DNA of 64,000 bases from Escherichia phage AV117. The position numbers were made by a program, and so were the translations under genes. Shown here one piece after another: positions 45,247-55,900 of this stretch; the stretch's first letter is position 1, and each line of letters begins with the position of its first letter. The stretch lies in the sequence record OR352947.1. The stretch is one strand, 5' to 3'. Under the pieces are notes generated by a model. That model did not search any database and was not told the origin of the DNA. It saw only the letters and a list, made by a program, of their open reading frames with translations.

Positions 45247-45696
45247 TTACCCCTTGTATCCGAGTTTTCTAAGACCATCTTCGGTTAGAACTCGGAATTT
45301 TATATTTCTCTTTTCAGCAACAGCTGAGGCAGCTTTCCATTTGTCACAGTTCACAGACCAGGTATATATTTCATTCATATAACGTTTCTTTGCTGCAGTC
45401 GTAAGATTTGCAGGCTTAATAGGTGGTTGAGTTTCTTTCTTTGGTTTTATTTCTACAAAGAACTCTTGACCTGATGCATCTTTCATCCATATGTCCATAT
45501 AGTATCGACGTTTCTTACCTTCAGCATTACAAAAATATGGAATTACTGCTGTTTCACTACCCCATGCAATAATTTCTGGATTTTTATCCAACCATTCGAA
45601 AAAGAATTTTTCCCAGTTTGAACGATACGTTATTTTGGTATGGTCTCCACGGTATTTTTTTAAATTTTTTGGGACCCATTTACCAGAGTAGGCCAT
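45247..45696 (-). CDS. 4: Head completion protein gp4
   Basis: 150 aa from ATG 45696 ([19 protein letters not shown]...) with SD AAGGAGGACAAC; late promoter TATAAATA at 45723-45730. Confidence 0.75.
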   Translation of the reverse strand: MAYSGKWVPKNLKKYRGDHTKITYRSNWEKFFFEWLDKNPEIIAWGSETAVIPYFCNAEGKKRRYYMDIWMKDASGQEFFVEIKPKKETQPPIKPANLTTAAKKRYMNEIYTWSVNCDKWKAASAVAEKRNIKFRVLTEDGLRKLGYKG

Positions 45697-45707
45697 GTTG
45701 TCCTCCT

Positions 45708-45715
45708 TATAAATA
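45708..45715 (+). promoter_or_regulatory. Late promoter TATAAATA for gene 53 (a divergent minus-strand TATAAATA for gene 4 sits at 45723-45730)
   Basis: Exact plus-strand TATAAATA 43 nt upstream of the gp53 start; a second exact copy on the opposite strand. Confidence 0.55.
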
Positions 45716-45757
45716 GTATTATTATTTATACCAATTTCATATTGGAAGGAGACTATC

Positions 45758-46333
45758 TTGTTATTTACATTCTTCGACCCAATAGGATATAGTGCTAAAA
45801 CAGTTGATAAGAATGCACCTACTATTCCTATGACAGACATATTTCGTAACTATAAAGAGTACTTTAAGCGTGTTGCTGCCAATTATAGATTACGTTCTTA
45901 TTATATTAAAGGCTCTCCGCGTCCTGAAGAACTAGCAAACATAATTTATGGCAACCCTCAATTATACTGGGTCCTTTTGATGTGTAATGATAACTACGAT
46001 CCGTATTATGGTTGGATTACATCTCAGGAAGCAGCGTATCAAGCTTCTATTCAGAAATATGCTAATGCTGGTGGCGACCAAGTTCTTTATCATATTAATG
46101 AAAATCGTGAGAAATTTTACAATTTGGTTTCATATCCGGACGAGCCTTTAGTGTGGTACGATAAAGGTGATGAAGCTCGTAAGTATCCGCAATATAAAGG
46201 ACCTTTAGCTGCAGTGGATACTTATGAAGCGGCAGTATTAGATAATGAAAAACTTCGTAAAATAAAAATTGTTGCAAAAGAAGATATAAACTCGTTTATC
46301 ACAGATTTGATTCGTGAGATGGAGATTGCATAA
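45758..46333 (+). CDS. 53: Baseplate wedge protein gp53
   Basis: 191 aa; TTG start preceded by SD GGAAGGAG; first of the late baseplate cluster. Confidence 0.8.
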   Translation: MLFTFFDPIGYSAKTVDKNAPTIPMTDIFRNYKEYFKRVAANYRLRSYYIKGSPRPEELANIIYGNPQLYWVLLMCNDNYDPYYGWITSQEAAYQASIQKYANAGGDQVLYHINENREKFYNLVSYPDEPLVWYDKGDEARKYPQYKGPLAAVDTYEAAVLDNEKLRKIKIVAKEDINSFITDLIREMEIA

Positions 46334-48066
46334 TGGAAATGATTAGCAGTAGCCTTAATTGGTTCGTGGGTGTTGTCGAGGACAGAATGGACCCATTAAA
46401 ACAAGGGCGAGTTCGAGTTCGAGTCGTTGGTCTTCATCCGGCACAGAGAGCACAAGGTGATGTACAAGGTATTCCTACAGAAAAACTTCCATGGATGACT
46501 GTTATTCAACCTATTACGTCTGCATCAATGTCAGGTATTGGCGGTTCTGTTACAGGTCCTGTTGAAGGAACTCGAGTATATGGTCATTTCTTAGACAAAT
46601 GGAAAACAAACGGGATTGTACTTGGTACATACGGCGGAATAGTACGTGAAAAGCCTAATAGACTTGAAGGTTTTTCAGACCCGACAGGCCAGTATCCGCG
46701 ACGTTTAGGTAGTGATACTAACGTATTAAACCAAGGTGGTGAAGCTGGTTATTATTCAAACTCTAACGTAATTCAAGATAACAACTTGGATTATGGTATA
46801 AACCCAGACGACACAGATTTAGCAAATATTCCAGAAGATGATGACCCTAATTTTACAATAACGGAAATGTTACGTCGTGACGAAGGTCTTCGTGATAAAG
46901 TGTATTGGGACCATCTCGGATATCCTACAGTAGGTATTGGACACCTTATCGTAATGGAAAAGACCCGAGATATGTCTCGAATTAATAAATTGTTATCTGA
47001 TCAAGTAGGGCGTGAAGTAACAGGAAATCCGGGAACTATTACATTAGAAGAAGCAACAGCGTTATTTGAGAAGGACCTTGCTAAGATGCAGAAAGACATT
47101 CGTTCTAATTCTAAAGTAGGTCCTGTTTATGCTAAAATGAACAGATCTCGCCAAATGGCATTAGAAAACATGTGCTTCCAGATGGGCGTCGGCGGTGTAG
47201 CAAAATTCAATACTATGCTTAAAGCAATGGCCACAGGCGATTGGAAAACCGCATACAAATCTGGGCGTGATTCGTTATGGTTCCAACAGACTAAAGGGCG
47301 TGCTTCACGTGTAACAACAATTATTTTAACTGGTAACATGGAATCATATGGCGTTCCTGTTAAAACACCACCTTCACCAGGAGTTGGTGCCGATTTAGTT
47401 ACTAGAAATACTGATCCAGAAGACCCAGCTGGTCCTCCTGTTCCGTTAGATTCACGTATCCTTTTTAAAGAACCTGAATCAAGTTATCGTGGTGAGTATC
47501 CATACGTTCATGCTATGGAAACAGAAAGTGGTCATATCCAAGAATTTGACGATACTCCAGGTAATGAACGTTATCGCTTAGTTCATCCAACAGGGTCATA
47601 TGAGGAAGTTTCTCCGTCTGGGCGTCGTACTCGTAAAACTGTAGAAGACCTTTTTGACATCACTAATGGCGACGGGAACTTCTTGATTTCTGGCGATAAG
47701 CTTGTTAACGTTGGTGCTAATGAAATATATTATAACATGGCAGACCGCCTCCATCAAATAGACGGCAATGATACAATCTTTATTCGTGGTAACCAATCTA
47801 AAACTGTTGAAGGCGATGGAACTCTTTACGTTAAGGGCAATATCAAAATAGTCGTTGACGGAAATGCAGATATTCTTGTTAAAGGCGATGCTAAAACTCA
47901 GGTCGAAGGGAATCATGATTACACCGTAAACGGAAACGTTAAATGGACTGTTAATGGTAATGTTGATATGACTGTTGCTGGGGATTGGGCAGAAACAATG
48001 TCTACAATGAGCTCAGTAGCTTCAGGACAATACACTGTTGACGGATCTCGTATTGATATTGGGTAA
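46333..48066 (+). CDS. 5: Baseplate hub / tail-associated lysozyme gp5
   Basis: 577 aa; N-terminal OB domain, central lysozyme domain (GLRDKVYWDHLGYPTVGIGHL), C-terminal VxGxxxxx beta-helix repeats. Confidence 0.9.
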   Translation: MEMISSSLNWFVGVVEDRMDPLKQGRVRVRVVGLHPAQRAQGDVQGIPTEKLPWMTVIQPITSASMSGIGGSVTGPVEGTRVYGHFLDKWKTNGIVLGTYGGIVREKPNRLEGFSDPTGQYPRRLGSDTNVLNQGGEAGYYSNSNVIQDNNLDYGINPDDTDLANIPEDDDPNFTITEMLRRDEGLRDKVYWDHLGYPTVGIGHLIVMEKTRDMSRINKLLSDQVGREVTGNPGTITLEEATALFEKDLAKMQKDIRSNSKVGPVYAKMNRSRQMALENMCFQMGVGGVAKFNTMLKAMATGDWKTAYKSGRDSLWFQQTKGRASRVTTIILTGNMESYGVPVKTPPSPGVGADLVTRNTDPEDPAGPPVPLDSRILFKEPESSYRGEYPYVHAMETESGHIQEFDDTPGNERYRLVHPTGSYEEVSPSGRRTRKTVEDLFDITNGDGNFLISGDKLVNVGANEIYYNMADRLHQIDGNDTIFIRGNQSKTVEGDGTLYVKGNIKIVVDGNADILVKGDAKTQVEGNHDYTVNGNVKWTVNGNVDMTVAGDWAETMSTMSSVASGQYTVDGSRIDIG

Positions 48067-48069
48067 TAT

Positions 48070-48585
48070 ATGGCACAAATACTTCCTTTAAATACCGACT
48101 TAGGAGAAGACATGGAAGGGGCGTCTATTGACGTCCTTTTTACTCCACAGTTAGAACCAACCGAAACTTTAGTGTCAATAAATATAACAGATTATGAACC
48201 GACACAAGGCATTACGGTAGATGGTAATCGTTTATATGGAACATATGAAAGCGTGTTTAGCTTTTCTTCGGATGCATTGAAATACCGATTAAATGATGAT
48301 TTTGAAACCGCATCTTCATGGGATGATTTACCAAAAGATGAATCCACACAGTTATATTTGTGGAGAGCTCCTCAGAATCTTCGTAAAGTGTTTAGTTATA
48401 CGGTTGAAATGATTTATAACTACCAAGAAGAAAGTTCATCAGGCGGTTCTAGAAGTGACTCTGGTACAGAACCTCCACCGGCTCCAGTACAAAAAACTCT
48501 TACTAAGGTTTATACAAAAACTATAGTAGGAAATTGGAGCAAATGGGCTCAACAATTACGAAACTATGTTTATGTGAGGCCGTGA
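48070..48585 (+). CDS. 5.1: gp5.1-like protein
   Basis: 171-aa ORF directly after gene 5. Confidence 0.55.
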   Translation: MAQILPLNTDLGEDMEGASIDVLFTPQLEPTETLVSINITDYEPTQGITVDGNRLYGTYESVFSFSSDALKYRLNDDFETASSWDDLPKDESTQLYLWRAPQNLRKVFSYTVEMIYNYQEESSSGGSRSDSGTEPPPAPVQKTLTKVYTKTIVGNWSKWAQQLRNYVYVRP

Positions 48586-48587
48586 AA

Positions 48588-48881
48588 ATGTCTGGCTTAA
48601 GTTACGACAAGTGCGTTACAACAGGTCATGAAGCATGGCCTCCTACTGTAATAAATGCTTCCCAATCTAAAGTGTTCACCGGTGGTATTCCTGTTCTTGT
48701 GGCAGGAGACCAAATAACACCTCATACAGAAATTAAAAAACCATACGAGACTCATGGAGGTGTTACTGAACCTCGTACATCCAAAGTATACGTCACCGGT
48801 AAAAAGGCCGTTCAAATGGCCGACCCAATTTCATGCGGGGATACTGTTTCTCAGGCCTCGTCAAAAGTCTTTATAAAATAG
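48588..48881 (+). CDS. 5.4: PAAR-repeat tail spike tip protein gp5.4
   Basis: 97 aa from ATG 48588 ([10 protein letters not shown]...) with SD GAGG; PAAR-like, small Cys/His-containing. Confidence 0.6.
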   Translation: MSGLSYDKCVTTGHEAWPPTVINASQSKVFTGGIPVLVAGDQITPHTEIKKPYETHGGVTEPRTSKVYVTGKKAVQMADPISCGDTVSQASSKVFIK

Positions 48882-48889
48882 GAATTAAA

Positions 48890-50863
48890 ATGGCAAACAC
48901 TCCTGTAAATTATCAATTAACACGAACAGCGAATGCTATTCCCGAGATTTTTATCGGGGGCACATTTGCCGAAATCAAACAGAACATTATCGAATGGCTC
49001 AATGGACAGAATGAATTTCTTGATTATGATTTTGAAGGTTCGCGTTTAAACGTATTATGTGACCTTTTAGCATATAACACTCTTTACATCCAACAGTTTA
49101 GTAATAGTGCAGTGTATGAAAGTTTTATGCGTACTGCAAACTTGCGTAGTTCTGTTGTACAAGCGGCTCAAGATAACGGATATCTGCCTTCATCTAAATC
49201 AGCAGCACAAACAGAAATTATGCTCACATGTACGGATGCATTAAATAGAAACTATATCACCATTCCACGTGGCACTCGTTTCTTAGCATACGCTAAAGAT
49301 ACTTCTGTTAACCCGTATAACTTTGTTTCTACTGAAGATGTCATTGTAGTTAAAGACAAAAATAACCAATATTTTCCACGTCTTCGATTAGCTCAAGGAC
49401 GTATTGTTCGCACTGAATTAACATTTGATAGATTAAAACCTATCATTATTCGTGATAAGAATATTGACCGTAATTTGGTTAAGTTGTATGTTGACGGAGC
49501 AGAATGGATTAACTGGACTCGTAAGTCGATGGTTCACGCTGGTTCTACGTCAACAATCTATTATATGCGTGAAACAGTTGATGGGAACACCGAATTTTAT
49601 TTTGGTGAAGGCGAAATCTCTATTAACACATCAGAAGGTGCGTTAACATCTAACTATATTGGTGGCCTTAAACCTGTTCAGGGTTCTAAAATCGTAATTG
49701 AGTATATTTCTACTAACGGCGCAGATGCTAACGGTGCTGTAGGATTTTCTTATGCCGATACATTAGCTAATATCACGGTAATCGGTATTAACGAGAACCC
49801 TAGCAATAACCCAGACTTTGTTGGGGCTGATGGTGGTGGCGACCCTGAAGATATTGAACGTATCCGCGAATTAGGCACAATTAAACGCGAAACTCAACAA
49901 CGTTGTGTAACAGCTTCCGACTATGACACATTCGTCTCTGAGCGGTTTGGCTCTATTATTCAAGCGGTTCAAACATTCACAGATTCATCTAAACCAGGGT
50001 ACGCATTTATTGCTGCTAAACCTAAGTCTGGGTTGTATTTGACTTCTGTTCAACGTGATGATATCAAAAACTATTTAAATGATTATAACTTAGGGACTAT
50101 TACACCTGTTGTTATTTCACCTGATTATTTGTTTATCAAAATGAATATCAAAGTCACATACGCGTTGAATAAACTCCAAGAATCAGAACAATATCTTGAA
50201 GGGCAGATTATTAATAAAATAGACCGTTATTATATTGAAGATGTAGAAATTTTTAACTCATCGTTTGCAAAATCTAAAATGCTAACTTATGTCGATGATG
50301 CAGATATTTCTATTATTGGTTCTTCAGCTACTATTCAAATGGTTCGCGAAGTACAAAACTTCTATAAAACGCCTGAGGCCGGTATTAAATACAATAATCA
50401 GATTAAAGATAGATCGATGGAATCTAATATATTCTCGTTTGATTCGCACAGACCTAATCCAGAAAATGCAAACGAAACTATTAAATATGGTGTTCGCATA
50501 GTATCTTCTGACCGTAATGACCGTGGCATAGGTCAAGTTATTATTGGTCCATTTGCAGACGGTGATGTTGTTGAAAACGAAAATATACAACCTTATACAG
50601 GTAATGATTTTAATAAACTTACTGTTACTGACGGACGAAACAAATACTATTCAATTGGTGAAGTGAATTATCCTGCCGATTCGATTTATTGGAACATTGC
50701 TAAAATTGACCTCACTTCAGACCGTTTTGAAGTTCAAACAATTGAACTTTATTCCGACCCTGCAGATGATATTATTTTTACAAAGGATGGTTCTTTAATC
50801 GTATTCGAAAATGACTTACGCCCTCAGTACTTAACTATAGATTTGGAGCCTATTTCACAATGA
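48890..50863 (+). CDS. 6: Baseplate wedge protein gp6
   Basis: 657 aa from ATG 48890 (MANTPVNYQL...). Confidence 0.85.
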   Translation: MANTPVNYQLTRTANAIPEIFIGGTFAEIKQNIIEWLNGQNEFLDYDFEGSRLNVLCDLLAYNTLYIQQFSNSAVYESFMRTANLRSSVVQAAQDNGYLPSSKSAAQTEIMLTCTDALNRNYITIPRGTRFLAYAKDTSVNPYNFVSTEDVIVVKDKNNQYFPRLRLAQGRIVRTELTFDRLKPIIIRDKNIDRNLVKLYVDGAEWINWTRKSMVHAGSTSTIYYMRETVDGNTEFYFGEGEISINTSEGALTSNYIGGLKPVQGSKIVIEYISTNGADANGAVGFSYADTLANITVIGINENPSNNPDFVGADGGGDPEDIERIRELGTIKRETQQRCVTASDYDTFVSERFGSIIQAVQTFTDSSKPGYAFIAAKPKSGLYLTSVQRDDIKNYLNDYNLGTITPVVISPDYLFIKMNIKVTYALNKLQESEQYLEGQIINKIDRYYIEDVEIFNSSFAKSKMLTYVDDADISIIGSSATIQMVREVQNFYKTPEAGIKYNNQIKDRSMESNIFSFDSHRPNPENANETIKYGVRIVSSDRNDRGIGQVIIGPFADGDVVENENIQPYTGNDFNKLTVTDGRNKYYSIGEVNYPADSIYWNIAKIDLTSDRFEVQTIELYSDPADDIIFTKDGSLIVFENDLRPQYLTIDLEPISQ

Positions 50864-53800
50864 CAGTAAAAGCGCCAGCAGTCACAAGTCTCAGAATATC
50901 CAAGTTGTCCGCTAACCAAGTTCAAATACGCTGGGATGACGTTGGTGCTAATTTCTACTATTTCGTAGAAATCGCTGAGACTAAAACGGCAGACGGGGAA
51001 ATAATTCCCCCTGCCAGCTACAGATGGACAAATTTAGGATATACTCCTAATAGCGACTGGTTCGAAAGTAGCTTAGACCCATTAACTTCTTATATTATTC
51101 GTGTATCAACTGCCGCCGAAGGCTTCGAGAGATCTGATTGGGTATATACCGAAATATTTGAATCATTTCAGACCAACGCGTATACATTTCAACATATGAT
51201 TGAAATGCAATTGGCTAACACTTTTATTAGAGAAAAATTTACAAATAACAACATGGCTTATGTCGATTTTAATAACGACACTATAATGGCAGCTCTAATG
51301 AATGAATCGTTCCAATTTAGCCCTGCTTATGCTGATATTTCATCTATTAAAAATTTCATTATTGGCGAAAATGAGTATCATGAAATTCAAGGTTCGATTC
51401 AACAGGTGTGTCATGATATAAACCGTGTTTATTTGATGGAATCTGAAGGAATTCTTTATTTGTTTGAACGGTATCAGCCTGTGGTTAAAGTCTCTAATGA
51501 TAAGGGACAAACCTGGAAATCGGTTAAATTGTTTAATGACCGTGTAGGGTACCCTGTATCAAGAACAGTGTATTACCAGACAGATCACACCACATATGTT
51601 CTTGGGTATGATAAATTATTTTACGGCCGTAAATCAACAGACGTTCGTTGGTCTGCTGATGATGTGAGATTTAGTTCTCAAGATATAACATTTGCTAAAA
51701 TTGGCGACCAATTAAATTTAGGATTTGATGTAGAAATATTTGGTAACTACGCATCATTACCTGCTAACGTATCGCGTATTGCAGAAGCTATCGTTTGCAA
51801 TGACGATTATGTATACGTTGCTGCTCGAGATAAAGTTCGTTTTATTAAAACTAGTAATGCCCCTATTGATTCGGACCCATTATCTCCGACATATTCCGAA
51901 CGTTTGTTTGAACAAGAAACATTTAACATCACAGGTAACCCTAAGGCAGTTTGCTATAAAATGGATTCTGTCGGTGGTAAAATATTTGCACTGATTATCG
52001 GTGAAGTTGTTAATCTTAATGACGACCCGAGGACCACTCCTATTGTTGATTCTGTTGATAAGGGTGTTTACGTTCTAGACCATGATGCTGGCACATTTAA
52101 ACGTGTGTTTGGTAATACTGAAGAAGAACGCCGTCGTATTGAACCTGGGTACACCAGTATGTCTACTGATGGTGTTGAGTTATCTATTTCATCTAGTAAT
52201 TTTAAATTTTTAGAATCAGATATTGTTGATGACCCAAAAACACAAGCCAAGTACGGTTTAATCGGTGCTGTTAAATACGAGTATCCTCGAGAATGGTTGG
52301 CTGATAAACATTATCATATGATGTCATTTATTTCAACCGAAGACTCTCAATGGGAATCGTTCACTCCCCAACCGATGGAATACTATGCTGAGCCATTCTT
52401 TAGTTATTCTAGAAAGTCTGGTACTCGTTGTTGGATTAATAACTCAGACAAGGTCGTTGTAATTTATTCTGATTTACTTTACACTAAGGTTATTGAGAGT
52501 CATCCACTTAGTTCTCCAGACCGTGAAGTTCATGAATATTGGAAGGACGGTGACTGTACAATAGTGATGCCTAACGTAGATTTCACCGGATTTAAAAAAT
52601 ATGCATCCGGCATGATTTTCTATAAAGCATCAGGTGAGATTATTTCTTATTATGATTTTAGTTACCGTGTTAGAGATAATGTTTCTATAATTTGGAAGCC
52701 TACTAATGTATTCTTAACAGCATCGTTACAAAACCAAGAAAAAGATACCACATGGTCTCCTGTGGAAGAGAACGGTATTGCGGACCCAGATTTACGACCA
52801 TTGCTCACTACAATGATGCCGGAGTCTTATCTTTTAGATAATACAAACTTCGAAGCATTCTGCGAGGCCTATATTCAGTATCTTTCTGACGGTTATGGGA
52901 CCCATTATAACAACCTTTTAAATCTTATTAAAAATCAATATCCGCGAGAAGAACATGCGTGGGAATATTTATGGTCTGAGATTTATAAACGAAACATTTA
53001 CTTAAACGCCGAAAAACGCGATTTAGTGTCTCGTTTCTTTGAATCAAGAAGTTATGACTTCTATTCAACTAAAGGAACTGAAGCATCATATAAATTCTTG
53101 TTTAAAGTGCTTTATAATGAAGATGTTGAAATTGAAATTGAATCTAGTTCCGGGACCGAATATGATATCATCATTGAATCTGATTCGTTGACAGAAGATT
53201 TGGTCGGACAAACTATATACACCGCGACAGGACGTTGTAATGTGACGTATATCGAGAGAAGTTACTCTAAAGGTAAATTACAATGGGCTGTAACAATTCA
53301 CAACCTCTTAGGTCGTTTAATCCAAGGACAGGAAGTTAAAGCTGAAAGACTCCCTGGTTTTGAAGGTGAAATTGTTCGTGGTATTAAAGGTAAAGAGCTT
53401 TCTCAGAACAACATCGATTACATAAATCGTGGTAGAGCATACTACGTAATGAAGATTAAATCTAAACTTCCATCATCTCGTTGGAAATCAGACGTATTAC
53501 GTTTTGTTCATCCGGTTGGATTTGGATTTATCGCAATTACCCTTCTCACAATGTTTATTAACACCGGATTAACACTTAAACATGTTGAAACCATTATTAA
53601 TAAATACAAAAACTATAAGTGGGATTCTGGATTACCAACTAAATATGCAGACCGAGTGGCTAAATTAGACCCACAAGGAAATGTTGAGTTTGACCCTATT
53701 ACAGGTGAAGCGATATATGAAATAGGCCCTATGGCTGGTCAAGATTATCCATTGCCTGAAGATTATAACGCTGAAAACAATAACTCCATATTTCAAGGTC

Positions 53801-53958
53801 AACTTCCATCGGAACGACGTAAACTGATGAGCCCATTATTTGATGCGTCCGGAACAACATTCTCTAGATTTAGAGATTTGGTTGAACAGCGGTTAATCGA
53901 TAATGTAGGAAATCCAAGAGACCCCGTGAATCCACCACAGGTTAAATTAGATGAATGA
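50860..53958 (+). CDS. 7: Baseplate wedge initiator gp7
   Basis: 1032 aa, same length as T4 gp7; between 6 and 8. Confidence 0.9.
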   Translation: MTVKAPAVTSLRISKLSANQVQIRWDDVGANFYYFVEIAETKTADGEIIPPASYRWTNLGYTPNSDWFESSLDPLTSYIIRVSTAAEGFERSDWVYTEIFESFQTNAYTFQHMIEMQLANTFIREKFTNNNMAYVDFNNDTIMAALMNESFQFSPAYADISSIKNFIIGENEYHEIQGSIQQVCHDINRVYLMESEGILYLFERYQPVVKVSNDKGQTWKSVKLFNDRVGYPVSRTVYYQTDHTTYVLGYDKLFYGRKSTDVRWSADDVRFSSQDITFAKIGDQLNLGFDVEIFGNYASLPANVSRIAEAIVCNDDYVYVAARDKVRFIKTSNAPIDSDPLSPTYSERLFEQETFNITGNPKAVCYKMDSVGGKIFALIIGEVVNLNDDPRTTPIVDSVDKGVYVLDHDAGTFKRVFGNTEEERRRIEPGYTSMSTDGVELSISSSNFKFLESDIVDDPKTQAKYGLIGAVKYEYPREWLADKHYHMMSFISTEDSQWESFTPQPMEYYAEPFFSYSRKSGTRCWINNSDKVVVIYSDLLYTKVIESHPLSSPDREVHEYWKDGDCTIVMPNVDFTGFKKYASGMIFYKASGEIISYYDFSYRVRDNVSIIWKPTNVFLTASLQNQEKDTTWSPVEENGIADPDLRPLLTTMMPESYLLDNTNFEAFCEAYIQYLSDGYGTHYNNLLNLIKNQYPREEHAWEYLWSEIYKRNIYLNAEKRDLVSRFFESRSYDFYSTKGTEASYKFLFKVLYNEDVEIEIESSSGTEYDIIIESDSLTEDLVGQTIYTATGRCNVTYIERSYSKGKLQWAVTIHNLLGRLIQGQEVKAERLPGFEGEIVRGIKGKELSQNNIDYINRGRAYYVMKIKSKLPSSRWKSDVLRFVHPVGFGFIAITLLTMFINTGLTLKHVETIINKYKNYKWDSGLPTKYADRVAKLDPQGNVEFDPITGEAIYEIGPMAGQDYPLPEDYNAENNNSIFQGQLPSERRKLMSPLFDASGTTFSRFRDLVEQRLIDNVGNPRDPVNPPQVKLDE

Positions 53959-54955
53959 TTCAAGTGTTATCTATCGTGCAATAGTTACATCAAAATTTAG
54001 AACAGAGAAAATGCTGAATTTTTATAATTCAGTTGGGGATGGAGATGATAAGAACTCCATTTATATTACGTTTGGACGTTCAGAGCCTTGGGCGTCAAAT
54101 GAAAATGAGGTGGGCTTCGCCCCACCTTATCCTACAGATTCTGTTCTTGGTGTTACTGATATGTGGACCCATATGATGGGTATCGTTAAAGTTTTACCTT
54201 CAATGTTAGATTCTGTTATTCCTAGACGTGATTGGGGAGATGTGCGATATCCAGACCCTTACACGTTTAGAATTAACGATATAGTCGCATGTAATACTGC
54301 TCCGTACAACGCGACAGAAGTTGGAGCTGGTTGGTTAATTTACCGTTGTTTAGATGTCCCTGACGTAGGGCTCTGTTCAATAGAATCTTTAGATAATAAA
54401 GATGAATGTCTTAAATTAGGTGGTAAATGGACTCCGTCTGTTCGTTCTATGTCTCCTCCTGAAGGCAGAGGCGATGCTAATGGGGTTATCGAAACCGGTG
54501 ATGGGTATATTTGGGAATACCTTTATGAGATTCCTGCCGATGTGTCAATTAACCGTTGCACTAATGAATATCTTGTAGTTCCATGGCCGGAAGAAATTAA
54601 AGAAGACCCCACCCGTTGGGGATATGAAAATAACTTAACTTGGCAACAAGATGACTACGGCTTGATTTACCGTGTTAAAGCTAATACGATGCGGTTTAAA
54701 GCATATTTTGATTCTGTTTATTTCCCTGAGGCAGCTTTGCCTGGTAACAAGGGTTTTAGACAGATATCAATTATCGCAAACCCGTTAGAAGCTAAGAAAA
54801 ATCCAAATGACCCTAATGTTAAAGCAGAAAAGGATTATTATGACCCTAGAGACCTGCAGCGTCATTCCGGTGAAATGATTTATATGGAAAACCGACCACC
54901 TGTTATTATGGCAATGGACCAAACAGAAGAAATTAACATTTTGTTTATGTTTTAA
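53951..54955 (+). CDS. 8: Baseplate wedge protein gp8
   Basis: 334 aa, same length as T4 gp8. Confidence 0.9.
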   Translation: MNDSSVIYRAIVTSKFRTEKMLNFYNSVGDGDDKNSIYITFGRSEPWASNENEVGFAPPYPTDSVLGVTDMWTHMMGIVKVLPSMLDSVIPRRDWGDVRYPDPYTFRINDIVACNTAPYNATEVGAGWLIYRCLDVPDVGLCSIESLDNKDECLKLGGKWTPSVRSMSPPEGRGDANGVIETGDGYIWEYLYEIPADVSINRCTNEYLVVPWPEEIKEDPTRWGYENNLTWQQDDYGLIYRVKANTMRFKAYFDSVYFPEAALPGNKGFRQISIIANPLEAKKNPNDPNVKAEKDYYDPRDLQRHSGEMIYMENRPPVIMAMDQTEEINILFMF

Positions 54956-54958
54956 TTA

Positions 54959-54982
54959 GGGAGCCTTCGGGCTCCCATTTTT
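54959..54982 (+). terminator. Rho-independent terminator after gene 8
   Basis: GGGAGCC-UUCG-GGCUCCC followed by AUUUUU. Confidence 0.6.
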
Positions 54983-54987
54983 GTATC

Positions 54988-54995
54988 TATAAATA
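54988..54995 (+). promoter_or_regulatory. Late promoter TATAAATA for gene 9
   Basis: Exact TATAAATA 33 nt upstream of the gp9 ATG. Confidence 0.55.
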
Positions 54996-55027
54996 GAATA
55001 TAATATAGGACAACAAAAGGCAGAATT

Positions 55028-55900
55028 ATGGCATTTTTTAAGCAAACTCCTAAACAATTAATCGATACCGGCGAAATCGGTAATGCCTCAACAGGTGATA
55101 TCTTATTCGACGGTGGTAATAAAATAAATGACGATATCAACGCTATTTACAATGCATTTGGCGATCAACGTAAAATGGCTGTAGCAGATGGAACCGGACC
55201 TACAGGTCAAACTATTCATGCCACAGGTTATTATCAAAAAGGAAAGGCTGTCGATTATCAAACTCCTATTAAACCGGGCACCATGCATGATATTGATGCT
55301 TCTGATGGCGGTGTGATTGTTATTATTGACCGTCCTGAATTAGGTGACTCTGTAGAATTCATAAACTCTAATGGGTCTATTTCTGTTAACAATCCTTTAA
55401 GTATCCAAGTAACCGATGGTTCAATTAAAGGCGTTCTTAATAATCTTGTTATTTCCACCCCTTATACCCATGTTGTTCTTCGTTGTATTGAACTTAATGG
55501 GCCAACTTCAGTATGGAATTATTCTACTGATAGCATGTTTGGGCAGAAAGAATCTCCTGTAGATGGGACTTGGAGTCTTACAGGAAACACAGTTTCTATT
55601 CCTCTGTTTTATCGCACAGATTATAACATGGCTAAATTGCTTGTTACATGCCAATCCGCTGACGGTAGAAAAATAAAAACATGCGAAATAAATATTCTAA
55701 TAGATACAATTAACTCAGAAGTTCTTTCTACCGAATTTGCAGTAATGCGAGTTGGTAATGTAGATGAAACCGACGAGATTGCTAATATTAGCTTTAGTAT
55801 TATTAACAACTTTGTTACTATGACGATTACATCTGATATTATTGGATTACGTTCAGCAGTTAAAATTATCTCAACTCAGAAAATTGGGGTCGCTCAATAA
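55028..55900 (+). CDS. 9: Baseplate wedge / long tail fiber socket gp9
   Basis: 290 aa, MAFFKQTPKQLIDTGEIGNASTGDILFDGGNKINDD... Confidence 0.9.
   Translation: MAFFKQTPKQLIDTGEIGNASTGDILFDGGNKINDDINAIYNAFGDQRKMAVADGTGPTGQTIHATGYYQKGKAVDYQTPIKPGTMHDIDASDGGVIVIIDRPELGDSVEFINSNGSISVNNPLSIQVTDGSIKGVLNNLVISTPYTHVVLRCIELNGPTSVWNYSTDSMFGQKESPVDGTWSLTGNTVSIPLFYRTDYNMAKLLVTCQSADGRKIKTCEINILIDTINSEVLSTEFAVMRVGNVDETDEIANISFSIINNFVTMTITSDIIGLRSAVKIISTQKIGVAQ

Noticed and set aside
48871-48879. TATAAAATA upstream of gene 6 as a late promoter
   Set aside because: It has one extra A relative to the strictly conserved TATAAATA and lies inside the gp5.4 coding end; gene 6 is more likely co-transcribed from upstream.
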